Shown here: piece after piece, positions 32,045 through 41,818 of the stretch | How the letters are laid out: each line of letters starts with the position of its first letter | Position numbering within the stretch: position 1 is the first letter of the stretch | IMG/VR virus record: IMGVR_UViG_3300037087_000760 | Span: 124,001 to 188,000 of that record | DNA: 64,000 bases | Reading direction: 5' to 3' (one strand) | Program-made: the position numbers and the translations under genes | The notes under the pieces: model-generated | Told to the model about the DNA's origin: nothing | The model's input: the letters and a program-made list of their open reading frames with translations, nothing else | Databases searched by the model: none

Positions 32045-32422
32045 ATGGAAGATTTAAAAAAATTAGCGGATGATCTGAGTAATCTCACCGTATTAGAGTG
32101 TTACCAGTTAGCTAAGATAATGAAAGAAGAATACGGAATAGAATCAAATACAAAAATTGTTGGTGTGAATGTATCACCAGTTCCAACTAAGGTAGTTGAA
32201 ATTGAAAAAACAAGTTTTGATGTGATTCTAAAATCAGCAGGAACAACCAACAAACTTGGTGTTATCAAATCCATCAAAGAAATGACAGGACAAAGTTTAT
32301 TGGAAATTAAGAATCTCGTTGATAATGCACCAGCGAAACTAAAAGAAAATGTAAGTAAAGATGAAGCTATGTCTTTACTGAATATTCTGAAAGAATTAGG
32401 TGCAGAAATTGAAGTTCTTTGA
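32045..32422 (+). CDS. rplL: Ribosomal protein bL12 (L7/L12)
   Basis: LSNLTVLE, EKTSFDVILK, KLGVIKSIKEMTG, LVDNAP, LKELGAEIEV. Confidence 0.93.
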   Translation: MEDLKKLADDLSNLTVLECYQLAKIMKEEYGIESNTKIVGVNVSPVPTKVVEIEKTSFDVILKSAGTTNKLGVIKSIKEMTGQSLLEIKNLVDNAPAKLKENVSKDEAMSLLNILKELGAEIEVL

Positions 32423-32449
32423 AAATAATAAAAAATGTAGTAGCGAGTT

Positions 32450-32546
32450 TGAGTGTTACTTCGTAGCTCAACAGTCGAGCATCAATCAGTTAAATTGAAA
32501 GTTGTGGGTGCGATTCCCACCGAACCCGAAAGGGTAATATCACTCA
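32450..32546 (+). ncRNA. tRNA-Asn(GTT)-like RNA with a hairpin inserted in the acceptor stem
   Basis: D arm GCTC/GAGC, loop CA-GTT-AA, T arm GTGGG/CCCAC; acceptor TTCG/CGAA interrupted by CCC-GAAA-GGG then TGAGTG/CACTCA. Confidence 0.65.
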
Positions 32547-32571
32547 ATGATTATCTCTACATTTTTTTAAT

Positions 32572-32649
32572 GGGTGTGTAGCTCAGTAGCGTTAGAGCGC
32601 GACACTGATAATGTCGAGGTCGTAGGTTCAAGTCCTACCATACCCACCA
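32572..32649 (+). tRNA. tRNA-Ile(GAT)
   Basis: Canonical cloverleaf with encoded CCA. Confidence 0.96.
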
Positions 32650-32659
32650 AAAATAACAC

Positions 32660-32741
32660 TGTGTCGTACGCAGCCGATCCTGATAAGATCGAGAACTTGT
32701 AACTGGTGTTGAAAATGTGGGTTCGAATCCCACCGGCACAA
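32660..32741 (+). tRNA. D-armless tRNA-Ile(GAT) with 25-nt variable region
   Basis: TGTGTCG/CGGCACA+A; CGATC-CTGATAA-GATCG; canonical T arm; only 8 nt between acceptor and anticodon stems. Confidence 0.65.
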
Positions 32742-32750
32742 CAAAAATTT

Positions 32751-32822
32751 GGGTTGGTAGTACTAATGAAAAACGGCGGCCTGTTAAGCCGCGAGATGTG
32801 GGTTCAAGTCCCACCCGGCCCT
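32751..32822 (+). tRNA. tRNA-Asn(GTT), weak D arm, U73
   Basis: GCGGC-CTGTTAA-GCCGC; T arm GTGGG-TTCAAGT-CCCAC. Confidence 0.8.
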
Positions 32823-32831
32823 CAATATTAT

Positions 32832-32905
32832 TCCTCAGTAGCTCAGCTGGTTAGAGCATTTGACTGTTAATCAAAGGGTCACAGGTCCAAATCCTGTCTG
32901 GGGAG
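32832..32905 (+). tRNA. tRNA-Asn(GTT)
   Basis: Canonical TCCTCAG/CTGGGGA+G; T loop variant TCCAAAT. Confidence 0.93.
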
Positions 32906-32910
32906 CAAAA

Positions 32911-32987
32911 TTCGGAATGTTTGTCTGTGATTGGGTGCACCACACAGATAATAAAGGAAAAATGTGGTTCAATTCCACCATTCCGAG
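32911..32987 (+). ncRNA. tRNA-like element with acceptor and T arm but a single long hairpin replacing D and anticodon arms
   Basis: TCGGAATG/CATTCCGA; TTGTCTGTG/CACAGATAA; GTGG-TTCAATT-CCAC. Confidence 0.55.
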
Positions 32988-32995
32988 CAAAAATA

Positions 32996-33087
32996 GGGAG
33001 TGTAGCTGATTTGGTTTAGCGGCAGACCGTTAATCTGTGACTGAAAATATTGAAATAAAGTTGGTTCGACCCCATCCTCTCCCGCCA
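32996..33087 (+). tRNA. tRNA-Asn(GTT) with 21-nt AT-rich variable region
   Basis: GCAGA-CCGTTAA-TCTGT; G73 plus CCA encoded; C33. Confidence 0.7.
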
Positions 33088-33095
33088 GTACATAT

Positions 33096-33175
33096 TGTGG
33101 TGTATCCCCCATGTCTTATAAACATGCATTAAAAGGGTAATAGCGTGTATGTGGGTTCGAGTCCCACCACCACAA
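33096..33175 (+). tRNA. D-armless tRNA-Ile(TAT) with 24-nt variable region
   Basis: TGTGGTG/CACCACA+A; CATGT-CTTATAA-ACATG; canonical T arm. Confidence 0.65.
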
Positions 33176-33180
33176 CAAAT

Positions 33181-33252
33181 GGTCGGGTAAGCTAACGGTT
33201 AAACTGGATGTCTTATACACATCTTTTAAGAGTTCGAATCTCTTCCTGACTA
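33181..33252 (+). tRNA. tRNA-Ile(TAT)
   Basis: GATGT-CTTATAC-ACATC; full cloverleaf. Confidence 0.85.
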
Positions 33253-33257
33253 CAAAT

Positions 33258-33333
33258 GGCGAGATAGCTCAGACGGTTTTAGAGCGTCGGATTCATAACC
33301 CGGAGGTCGAGGGTTCAACTCCCTCTCTCGCTA
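33258..33333 (+). tRNA. tRNA-Met(CAT), elongator type
   Basis: Canonical cloverleaf, loop TT-CAT-AA. Confidence 0.93.
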
Positions 33334-33341
33334 CCCAAAAT

Positions 33342-33413
33342 AGTCCTATGGCGTAACGCGAAGCGTGACTCCCCTTGAAGGAGATGGTACTGGTTCGAAT
33401 CCAGTTAGGACTG
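33342..33413 (+). tRNA. tRNA-Gln(TTG), C33 variant
   Basis: AGTCCTA/TAGGACT+G; loop CC-TTG-AA. Confidence 0.8.
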
Positions 33414-33418
33414 CAAAT

Positions 33419-33504
33419 ATCAATGTGAACGGAATGGTTATCGTAGAGGTCTCATAAGCCTTTCAACTCGTTGAGTTGTGGTGGTTCGAATCCACTCATT
33501 GATA
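33419..33504 (+). tRNA. tRNA(CAT), Met or Ile2, with long variable arm
   Basis: GAGGT-CTCATAA-GCCTT; variable hairpin TCAAC/GTTGA. Confidence 0.75.
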
Positions 33505-33510
33505 CAAAAT

Positions 33511-33581
33511 AGTCCTGTGGTGTAACGGTAGCATGCGAGCCTTTGAAGCTTTGGGTACAGATTCGAATTCTGTCAGGACTG
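33511..33581 (+). tRNA. tRNA-Gln(TTG)
   Basis: AGTCCTG/CAGGACT+G; loop CT-TTG-AA. Confidence 0.88.
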
Positions 33582-33587
33582 CAAAAT

Positions 33588-33660
33588 TGTTCTGTCGTAT
33601 AATTGGCAGTACAGCACCCTCTGAAGGTGTATGGTGTAGGTTCGAGTCCTACTGGAACAG
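33588..33660 (+). tRNA. tRNA-Gln(CTG)
   Basis: GCACC-CTCTGAA-GGTGT; G73. Confidence 0.88.
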
Positions 33661-33665
33661 CAAAT

Positions 33666-33737
33666 GGTTCTGTGGTGTAATGCGTAGCACGAGTGATTCT
33701 GAATCACTTGGTTAAGGTTCGAATCCTTACAGAACTA
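33666..33737 (+). tRNA. tRNA-Gln(CTG), A73
   Basis: AGTGA-TTCTGAA-TCACT; full cloverleaf. Confidence 0.85.
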
Positions 33738-33738
33738 C

Positions 33739-34053
33739 ATGAAAAAGGACATAAGAAAGACATTTCGTAAAGAGGTATTCACCAGAGATAAGTATACTTG
33801 TAAAGGATGTGATCAAAAACTTGATGAATCTGAATTGGATGCACATCACATCACTGACCGCAATGAAATGCCAAATGGTGGATATGTGAAAGAGAACGGT
33901 ATAACTCTTTGTAAGAAAGATTGTCATATAAAAGCTGAAAAATTTCATATAACAGATGGAAAAGAATGGGTAGAGGGATTTCATCCAGATGACTTATACG
34001 AGAAGATTGATTCATCTAAGGGGAAGGCTGTTTTAATGTCTCAAATTATTTAG
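33739..34053 (+). CDS. HNH endonuclease
   Basis: RDKYTCKGC, LDAHHI, ENGITLC...CHIKAE. Confidence 0.85.
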   Translation: MKKDIRKTFRKEVFTRDKYTCKGCDQKLDESELDAHHITDRNEMPNGGYVKENGITLCKKDCHIKAEKFHITDGKEWVEGFHPDDLYEKIDSSKGKAVLMSQII

Positions 34054-34419
34054 AATAATGAGAAATAATTTTTTTATTGATTTAATTTTTGTATCTTTGT
34101 ATTGTATAAATTTAAATTATATGAAACAGTTTATTAAACCATCAACATTCAAAGAAAGAAAAAAAAGACCAGATAAAACGAAAGTTGATGAATTTATCGA
34201 AAAGTTCAACAAACTTATAAAAAAGGGAGAATTAGAGGCTAATGATGTACTCAATAAACTCCCATACTTAAATGAATCTGAGTTTAATCTGGCTGTTGCT
34301 ATTGCTCGTGAAAATGGTTGGCAATTAACTCAATTTGAAGATAATTACAACACGACATCTTACCAACTTACAGAAATAAAACTTTCTGTTTAAAAAACAA
34401 TATATAATCATTGTTGTAT

Positions 34420-34490
34420 TGTCCTATGGTGTAATGGCAACACGTGGGTTTTTGGAGCCTTAGTTCTAAGTTCGAATCTTAGTAGGACAA
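34420..34490 (+). tRNA. tRNA-Gln(TTG), solitary
   Basis: TGTCCTA/TAGGACA; loop TT-TTG-GA; weak anticodon stem; AATATATA box at 34399. Confidence 0.75.
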
Positions 34491-34585
34491 CTCTATCACA
34501 ATATACAAGAAGTCAACTACGATGGGAATCGAGGCCAACACGACAAGGATCAAACTTCGTTATAAAGATATTGTGGATTTTTTCT

Positions 34586-34611
34586 CCCAACCCGAAAGGG
34601 TTGGGTTTTTT
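34586..34611 (+). terminator. Intrinsic terminator
   Basis: CCCAACCC-GAAA-GGGTTGGG plus T6. Confidence 0.9.
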
Positions 34612-34837
34612 ATTAAATTAATTATGATTAACATGAGTACAATTTTAGAACAGAGAATCAAGATGGATAACGATGTCTTAAAACGAATAAGACGCGAGAT
34701 CTTAAAGAGTGCCAAGAAAGGTAATTTATATTACTATTGGGAAGTTACTGGATTGAATGAATCCACTATCAGATATATTGTTGATATATTGGAATCTGAG
34801 GGAAAAATGTTTAAGAATAAAGGAAGTTGTAAGATTA

Positions 34838-35830
34838 TCAGGTGGTAATTGGTTGTTTATTACTATATTCATTTTTTAAAATATTCATCATATCTATATG
34901 ATTATGAACAGTTTTTATCTGATAAATATGGTCTAATCCGTATTCCTTTATTATATTATCTATTCTTTCCTTTTCCATTCCATGCGAACTATAATCACTT
35001 ACTCTTCTTCCACCTTCTTCTTTAAAATATAAAATACTTCCCTTTGGGATCTTGAATGATTTATCATTAACAGCCCATTCTCCCTCAGTTTCGAATGTTA
35101 CACTATTTATTTCAAAGGCTTTTGAAAAAAGTTTCCTCAGTTCAGGAAATTCTAATTTGTCTTTTATGTAATCTTCAATTGGTTTCCAATTTTTCCAAGG
35201 ATAATCCTTTGTCATTGGATAATCAACAACATATTCTTTTAGCATTTCCAAAATTATCTTGACAAAATCATCAAGATTATTTATATGTAATTGACCTAAA
35301 TGATAAAGATCATCTATTTTTTCCGACAAAGTATAATGAATATCCTGAATATAATTAATTATACCGTTTTTATCATGATAAGTATCAAATTTAAGTCCAC
35401 CATCTCTTTTTTTCTTAATATTTCTATAAGCTAAATTTTGAAACAATTTATCTAATGCCCCAGTGAAGGTTATATCTCTTTTACGGCCATTTTTATATTC
35501 GATAAATTGTGGATCATTCATTACTAATCTTCTCCAGTACTTAAAATTTTGTTTACAAAAGAAATCTGGATTGAAGTATTCTATGGGTTCTAAGTTTTTA
35601 TTCAATTTCAAGACTTCAGAACCATTCATTATGACAAGCAACTCTCTGATGTCAAACCAGTGTTTTGCTATCCCATAATGGTCTGAAATTCCCTTTAAAT
35701 TCAAAAATTCCATCCTCATTAAAGAATCCCACACTTTATCATCTCCAACTCTTAAAACTAAATAGAACCAATTAGGTTCATTCTTGGGAATCCATTTCTT
35801 TTCGAATATTTGAAAATCAGTAATCATCAA
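34838..35830 (-). CDS. Hypothetical protein with capsid-targeting-like N-terminus
   Basis: MMITDFQIFE; AATATATA box at 35833-35840. Confidence 0.5.
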   Translation of the reverse strand: MMITDFQIFEKKWIPKNEPNWFYLVLRVGDDKVWDSLMRMEFLNLKGISDHYGIAKHWFDIRELLVIMNGSEVLKLNKNLEPIEYFNPDFFCKQNFKYWRRLVMNDPQFIEYKNGRKRDITFTGALDKLFQNLAYRNIKKKRDGGLKFDTYHDKNGIINYIQDIHYTLSEKIDDLYHLGQLHINNLDDFVKIILEMLKEYVVDYPMTKDYPWKNWKPIEDYIKDKLEFPELRKLFSKAFEINSVTFETEGEWAVNDKSFKIPKGSILYFKEEGGRRVSDYSSHGMEKERIDNIIKEYGLDHIYQIKTVHNHIDMMNILKNEYSNKQPITT

Positions 35831-35859
35831 TGTATATATTATTTTTTATGGGCACAAAA

Positions 35860-35879
35860 AAACCGTGAATTCACGGTTT
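35860..35879 (-). terminator. Intrinsic terminator
   Basis: AAACCGTG-AATT-CACGGTTT with U-run on the minus strand. Confidence 0.65.
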
Positions 35880-37236
35880 AATGTTATATTATATTAGAAG
35901 TTAAAAGTTAATACCAGTATAATCAATAAGATCTTTCATATGTTCATTCTTATGTCCTTCGGCGTGTTCCATAGCTTCAAAGATATCTGTCTTACTTCTT
36001 TCAGTTTTGAATCCATTTGTAATTATATCAACATATTTAGGATCTGTCCAACTTTTAAATCCAGTTCCATTGATTGCATATGGGTTGAATCCCCAATGAG
36101 CTTTACACTCAACACCATCTTCAATTGTTGGTTGAAAAAAATCCAAAGATCCATAATTTCCAACAAAAAATCTTTTCTTTGTTAGTTTATCTTCAAACAT
36201 CAATCTATATACATTCTTTAAGTCTATCCAATAATATCCGTAGCAAATTCTATATCCGTATTTTTGGGTTTCGCTGAATTTATTTGGATTGAATGAAACA
36301 TTTATCTTTTTTGGATTTTTTGCTTCTATTACTTTATAGTAATTGTCGAATGTAATTCCAATCTCATGAAATTGACCATCTATTAATCCTGCATAAGATC
36401 TCCAACCCAGACCAAAAGCACAATCATACCAATCCCATTCACGGGCAGGGATATTCTCTTTATAAAGTGGTTGAACGACTAACTTTCCTTTACGGATAGT
36501 CAGTCTTTCAATCGGATTTATTGTTTTCATTTTCTGACGGCTAAAAGAATGATACCGAAAATAATTATAATTACTGCAAAAGGAATCCACAATGGAGAAG
36601 TAACCCACCACCATGACCATGTTATAGCACCTGTTAATTTAAGAATTAGGAATACGATGAACAATACTGTTCCGAAACTCATTCCACCACTTGCTGTTGA
36701 ATTTTTTGACATAATATTAATTTTTAATTGTTATTACTTAATAATTGTTGATAATAATTATATTTGTATTTATCATAGTTATCTTTTGTCATAAAAAGTA
36801 GATATATTGTTCCTTTATTAATATTTTTGATTAACCAACGATATACAAATGTATTTCCTTTTGGTTCTTTCCATATATTATTTTTCTTGTCAAAATTATC
36901 AGCATCCGTAGAATTAATAAAGGCTCTTAGATATTTATTGTCGTAATCTTCAATATAAAGTTTGAAAAGGTCAGTATTATACTCCATCATAATTATATAG
37001 AAGTAACAAAAATCACTCTTAGTAAAATAATATAAATTTGTACTCGATTGAAATTTAATCACTATGGAATAATAACCACTATCTATTTTTTCGGGTTTAC
37101 TAATAGAAATAGAAATTGGTTTCAATTGTTTCAGAATGTTTTTTTTGGTTTCACCTATAAATGATTGTGAAAATACGAAATTGAACATTACAATACCAAC
37201 GAGTGTTAAAAATAGTTTTTTCATTATCATTTGATT

Positions 37237-38103
37237 TTAGATTCCTAATAAATGTTTTGCTAGTGAAACCTCTGGGATATGTTGAAAATAGTACATTACT
37301 CCGAATAAAGATAGAGCCAATGAAAAGAAGAAAAACAAAGCCCATCCAATTTGTTTGTGGGTCATACTTTGATAATTATGTAATTTTTTCCATTCGAACC
37401 AAATTTCGATAACTCCCAGAATCATAAGTAAAGCAAATAATCCTATTTTTAACCAGAAAAACAGAACAGTTGAAGCTAATAGTCCAAATGATAAAATTCC
37501 CAATCCCAACCAAGATTTTAATGAGAAACCAATTGATTTAAATATTCTTCCACCATCCAATGGACTTATTGGTAAAAGGTTGAATAAATTTACAAAGGCC
37601 ATCCATCCGGCTATCGCCGCGAATAATGGATTCAGAGTAATAAAATATACTATTCCAGTAATAATAGTTAGGGCAAATCCCCAAACTGGTCCCATTATAG
37701 CAACAACGAATTCCGTATTTCTTGATTTGAAATCATTCTCAATAACAGCGGCACCACCAATGAATGGTATAAAATAAATGCCCTTAACTTTTAATCCATG
37801 TCTTTTGGCAGCCCATATATGACCAGATTCATGAACAAATAAACAAACCATGATAGCTATGGCGAATGTCCAAGTAGTGAGAAATGCATAACTCACAACA
37901 CTTCCAACGGCCAAACCTATTTTTACCACCTTTGCCCCTTTTAATAATTTTGTTACAACTGGAATGGCTTTAGATCCAATTTTTCCAAGAGCCACAAAAA
38001 ATCCTACAAAGATATTTTTCTTCTTCGGTTTTTCTTCAATCTTTGGTTGATAATTATAAGATGCTTTTACAAAAATTTTTTCTGGTTTTTCTCCAATCAT
38101 CAT
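37237..38103 (-). CDS. Site-2 (M50) intramembrane metalloprotease
   Basis: HESGH, FIPFIGG, MGP, NLLPISPLDGGR. Confidence 0.92.
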   Translation of the reverse strand: MMIGEKPEKIFVKASYNYQPKIEEKPKKKNIFVGFFVALGKIGSKAIPVVTKLLKGAKVVKIGLAVGSVVSYAFLTTWTFAIAIMVCLFVHESGHIWAAKRHGLKVKGIYFIPFIGGAAVIENDFKSRNTEFVVAIMGPVWGFALTIITGIVYFITLNPLFAAIAGWMAFVNLFNLLPISPLDGGRIFKSIGFSLKSWLGLGILSFGLLASTVLFFWLKIGLFALLMILGVIEIWFEWKKLHNYQSMTHKQIGWALFFFFSLALSLFGVMYYFQHIPEVSLAKHLLGI

Positions 38104-38714
38104 AATGTAACTTTTTTGAGGTTATAAATTTTTATCCAGTTTATAAATCCATAAATTGCCGTTCCTGTAAAAATCAATGATTCTATAGCGACAAGGTATA
38201 TTCCACTAAATCCAAACAAAAAAACACAAACTATATCACTTATTATCCAGACTAACCAAGATTCAATGTATTTAAAGGATAGTAGGTTGACACCAAGGAT
38301 ACTGAGAACTGTTACTGTGATGTCTAAGAATAGGTTTGCTGACTGTTTTTCTACTGGAAGTATCTGTCGAACTATGAAATCAATAACAAAAATGGAAATT
38401 ATAGTAATTATACTCCAAATTAGACGCTGTTTATTCGTCAACCATCTTAATCCCTTACCTTCGTTTTTATCTGTTTTTCTCCAATAAAATATGGCAACAA
38501 TACAGATGTAAGTAAAGTAAATTTGTAGAATGGCATTAGCGTAAAGTGAATTATTCCAGAAAAGAAAGAAGAAACACACTTGACCGATAATACTACAAAT
38601 CCAATTCCACCAATTAGCTTTTGTGGCAAATATAACGGAAACAAAATTGAAAATCGATCCGATCAATTCCAAGTAAGTTAAATGATAACCATATATTGTT
38701 AAGGCTGTTTCCAT
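38100..38714 (-). CDS. pnuC: Nicotinamide riboside transporter PnuC
   Basis: Multi-pass membrane protein; LYANAILQ, KYIESWLVWIISD, YGFINW. Confidence 0.88.
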   Translation of the reverse strand: METALTIYGYHLTYLELIGSIFNFVSVIFATKANWWNWICSIIGQVCFFFLFWNNSLYANAILQIYFTYICIVAIFYWRKTDKNEGKGLRWLTNKQRLIWSIITIISIFVIDFIVRQILPVEKQSANLFLDITVTVLSILGVNLLSFKYIESWLVWIISDIVCVFLFGFSGIYLVAIESLIFTGTAIYGFINWIKIYNLKKVTL

Positions 38715-39203
38715 TATATTAAGTTAAATTCATAAATTTTTCTCGTAAAGATTCTTCCATATTTTGTAGAAAAATTTGTTTGTTTTGTAAAACCCATTCA
38801 ACAGCTTCCTGTGATGATGTGAAATAATCCTTTTCGAGTACAAGATCTTTAATATCCATTATCATATATCGTTTAGGTAATGAATATAAAGCTCCATTTC
38901 TATCATAACAATTAGATCCCTGAATATTATAATCTGCCACTAAAATGTGTCTCCACACACCATCATCTGATGGTTTCCCAAAAATTGTATTACTCCATGC
39001 TGGTAAACCAATATTATAAATCTCTAATTCACAAAAATTATTCATTTTTGAATTTTCAGAAAATATAAAATATTGACATAACCCACAAACAATGCCACAA
39101 TAGAAATACTGAAAACAACCAAAAAGGATGAAAGAAATCACCATCTAAATATGATTTTTCACCCGGTATAATCATAAATCCACCAAAGATTGGTATCCAA
39201 AAT

Positions 39204-40001
39204 TTAATTTTTTCCATTTTCTTTTATAAATTCATCAATATGTTTAAGTCCACATTGGGTTTGTAATATATCATTGATATCCATGTTGAAATTGGCATAA
39301 TCCCTATGACTATGATCTTCATTTAATAATTTAGTAATTAATTCAATACAATAATTACCCCATACCCTTTTAATCTCCTTTACTCTCCAACTATCATTGA
39401 GGGCTTTATTATATTCAAATTCTCGTTTTTCTATCAATGAATTGAATTTCTCTGATAAATCATTTTCATCGAACTTGACTTTTTTTGACTGTTCGATTTC
39501 CCAGAGATAATAATATACAGTATCTAAGTGTGATTTTATTATATCAGAAGAAGAAACCCAATTCCATTTCTCTTTTTTCCATTCATGTTGACAATCATTA
39601 CATTTGTTAACTTCATTCGTATCCATTTCTCCGTGCATACTACCACTCATACTACCAGAAAATAAGAAAAAATCTCCTTCCACATGACCATCTACCTGAC
39701 CTTGAACTCTCTTTATTCTATCGTTTACTTTCGAACTACCACATTTGGGACATTTATTATTGTGTCTGTTAGCATAACCTTTGTCCTTTTCCTCTTTCTC
39801 TGAAGCTTCATTTTTACAAATTTCATCGAATGATTGATATTGATTCTTTAAAACAGCCAATCTTTTTTCCTTAATAACAGGATCGACAGATTCGAGTTCT
39901 ATTTTCTGAAAAGATCTTTTAATTGAATGCCAAACACCATACCAATTAGTAGTGAATATAATGAATAATACTACTACAGCAACAATAAAAATATATTCCA
40001 T
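39204..40001 (-). CDS. Membrane-anchored zinc-ribbon protein
   Basis: N-terminal TM helix; CPKCGS and CNDCQHEW. Confidence 0.55.
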   Translation of the reverse strand: MEYIFIVAVVVLFIIFTTNWYGVWHSIKRSFQKIELESVDPVIKEKRLAVLKNQYQSFDEICKNEASEKEEKDKGYANRHNNKCPKCGSSKVNDRIKRVQGQVDGHVEGDFFLFSGSMSGSMHGEMDTNEVNKCNDCQHEWKKEKWNWVSSSDIIKSHLDTVYYYLWEIEQSKKVKFDENDLSEKFNSLIEKREFEYNKALNDSWRVKEIKRVWGNYCIELITKLLNEDHSHRDYANFNMDINDILQTQCGLKHIDEFIKENGKN

Positions 40002-41414
40002 AATTATTTAGTTTATCAATTTTACTAAATGTATGAAAAATAAGTGGAATAAAAAAATTAAATTTGGATAAATTTACCAGTAATCATCCCTTTGCGAATC
40101 CATCTCATTAGGGTAATAGATTTGAATGTTGGAGTAAAATATATATCTTTGTTCTCTTTCTCGTCAAGAGTATCAATTTGTAATTCATAATAAGTATCGT
40201 CTACCTTTATATGATAGTAAACCCATCCATTACAAATATGAGATAATTTAGCTGTTGTTCCGTTTACTATTTCAGTTAGTGTGTGTTTATAGTCCATTAC
40301 TTTTTTGCTAATTTTTTGGTATATTTAATGATATTTTTTGTGTTGTTATTTAATCTTTTAATTTCGTCTGGAGACATTTTAATCAACATCTGTTCTGGTG
40401 TCCATTCGGTAATTCTCCTTATAACCTCGACATCTTCTACTATATAATTATATTTGGGTATTTCCTGTTTTAACATTTCTATTTGATGTTGAATATCTCG
40501 TTCCTTTTTAGCGTCATCACAATCACATTCCCAATATTCATCATAATCATCCCATTTTTTCTTTTCTTCTTCACCACAATATAAGCAAATATGACTTATA
40601 TAACCTATTTCATCGATGAATTTTCTTTCATTTTTTCTTAGCTTTCTCATAAATCTATGTTGTATTTCTCTTTGATTTCTTCTTTGGTATATAGGTGATA
40701 ATTACAATCCTCATATTCTCCCCATTCCAATATACAATGATAAAGTTGAGGTTCGCTCCATCCAGATTTAATAATCTTCAAACCAACTATATTTTGAGTA
40801 TCAATATAAGATCTAACAAGTTGTTCAGAACTTTTTTCAAAATTGAGTTTTATTACATCTAATCCGTCATTCAATCCTGACATACTTCATCCTCCTCTTC
40901 TCCATTATTAAATCCTTTGCCATAAAATGGGCCACTGGTTTCATCGGTTTCGATTTTTTCATCATCTTCTAAACCGTTATTAAAACCTTTACCATAAAAA
41001 GGACCAGATTGTTCATCTACTGGTTTCTTTTTCTTTTTAGGTTCATCTTCTTCGTATTTTCCATACCACATACTATTTATATATGATTTTTCAAGGAAAG
41101 TTTTTTTATTTCACTATTTTTTCGTACTTTTGTAGTCTAATAAATTCTCTTATGAAAATAGATAAGGTAATACATGGATTTACTTTCAGGTACAATGTAT
41201 CTCTTATTCCGAATACGATGAAATGTAAGGTCTATTTCTTATCAAAGGATGAAGAAGTAATCGGAGAAATAAGCCCTGATTTCAAATATATTATCCTACC
41301 CGATACTTACACCAGCCCATATATAACTGATTATGGTAATGTGAAAGTCGGAAAATTAAAGATGAATAAGTTTCAACAGGCAGATGCTCGTGATTACAAT
41401 TCCATAAATACAAA

Positions 41415-41810
41415 ATGAAAATAAGTGATTTTTTAAAAGGACAAGGTGTTTTCAGTAATGAAATTAAAGCCAGATTCCAAAACGGACAAATCAAAATAAA
41501 TGGGGAGTCCGTTAAGGAAGATATTGATTTGAATGTGAAAAAACAAATTCCAGATCCAAAAGTTGATGATATTCCATTTGAAGCTGGAGATTGGATTTTT
41601 CACAATTTAATAACTTCGTTATCAGAGGATAAAAAGAAAAAACTATTTCTCATTACTACCTTATTTGATATTGAAACTCTGTTCTCAGGTGGATGTCAGA
41701 TTAACGACAAACCAGTTGAAGATATTTTACCAGAATTGAATATTATGAAAGGTCATATATTTTTAAAAACTTCCAAAAAACAATGTTTCATCCTAAAACT
41801 TAACAAATAA
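41415..41810 (+). CDS. S4-like RNA-binding protein resembling the TyrRS C-terminal domain
   Basis: SNEIKARFQNGQIKINGE and terminal LKTSKKQCFIL. Confidence 0.45.
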   Translation: MKISDFLKGQGVFSNEIKARFQNGQIKINGESVKEDIDLNVKKQIPDPKVDDIPFEAGDWIFHNLITSLSEDKKKKLFLITTLFDIETLFSGGCQINDKPVEDILPELNIMKGHIFLKTSKKQCFILKLNK

Positions 41811-41818
41811 AAACTAAT

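Noticed and set aside
33533-33715. 60-aa ORF in the track
   Set aside because: Overlaps three tRNA-Gln genes.
34522-34623. N-terminal extension of ORF 34522-34848
   Set aside because: Runs through a strong terminator; the more likely start is ATG 34624.
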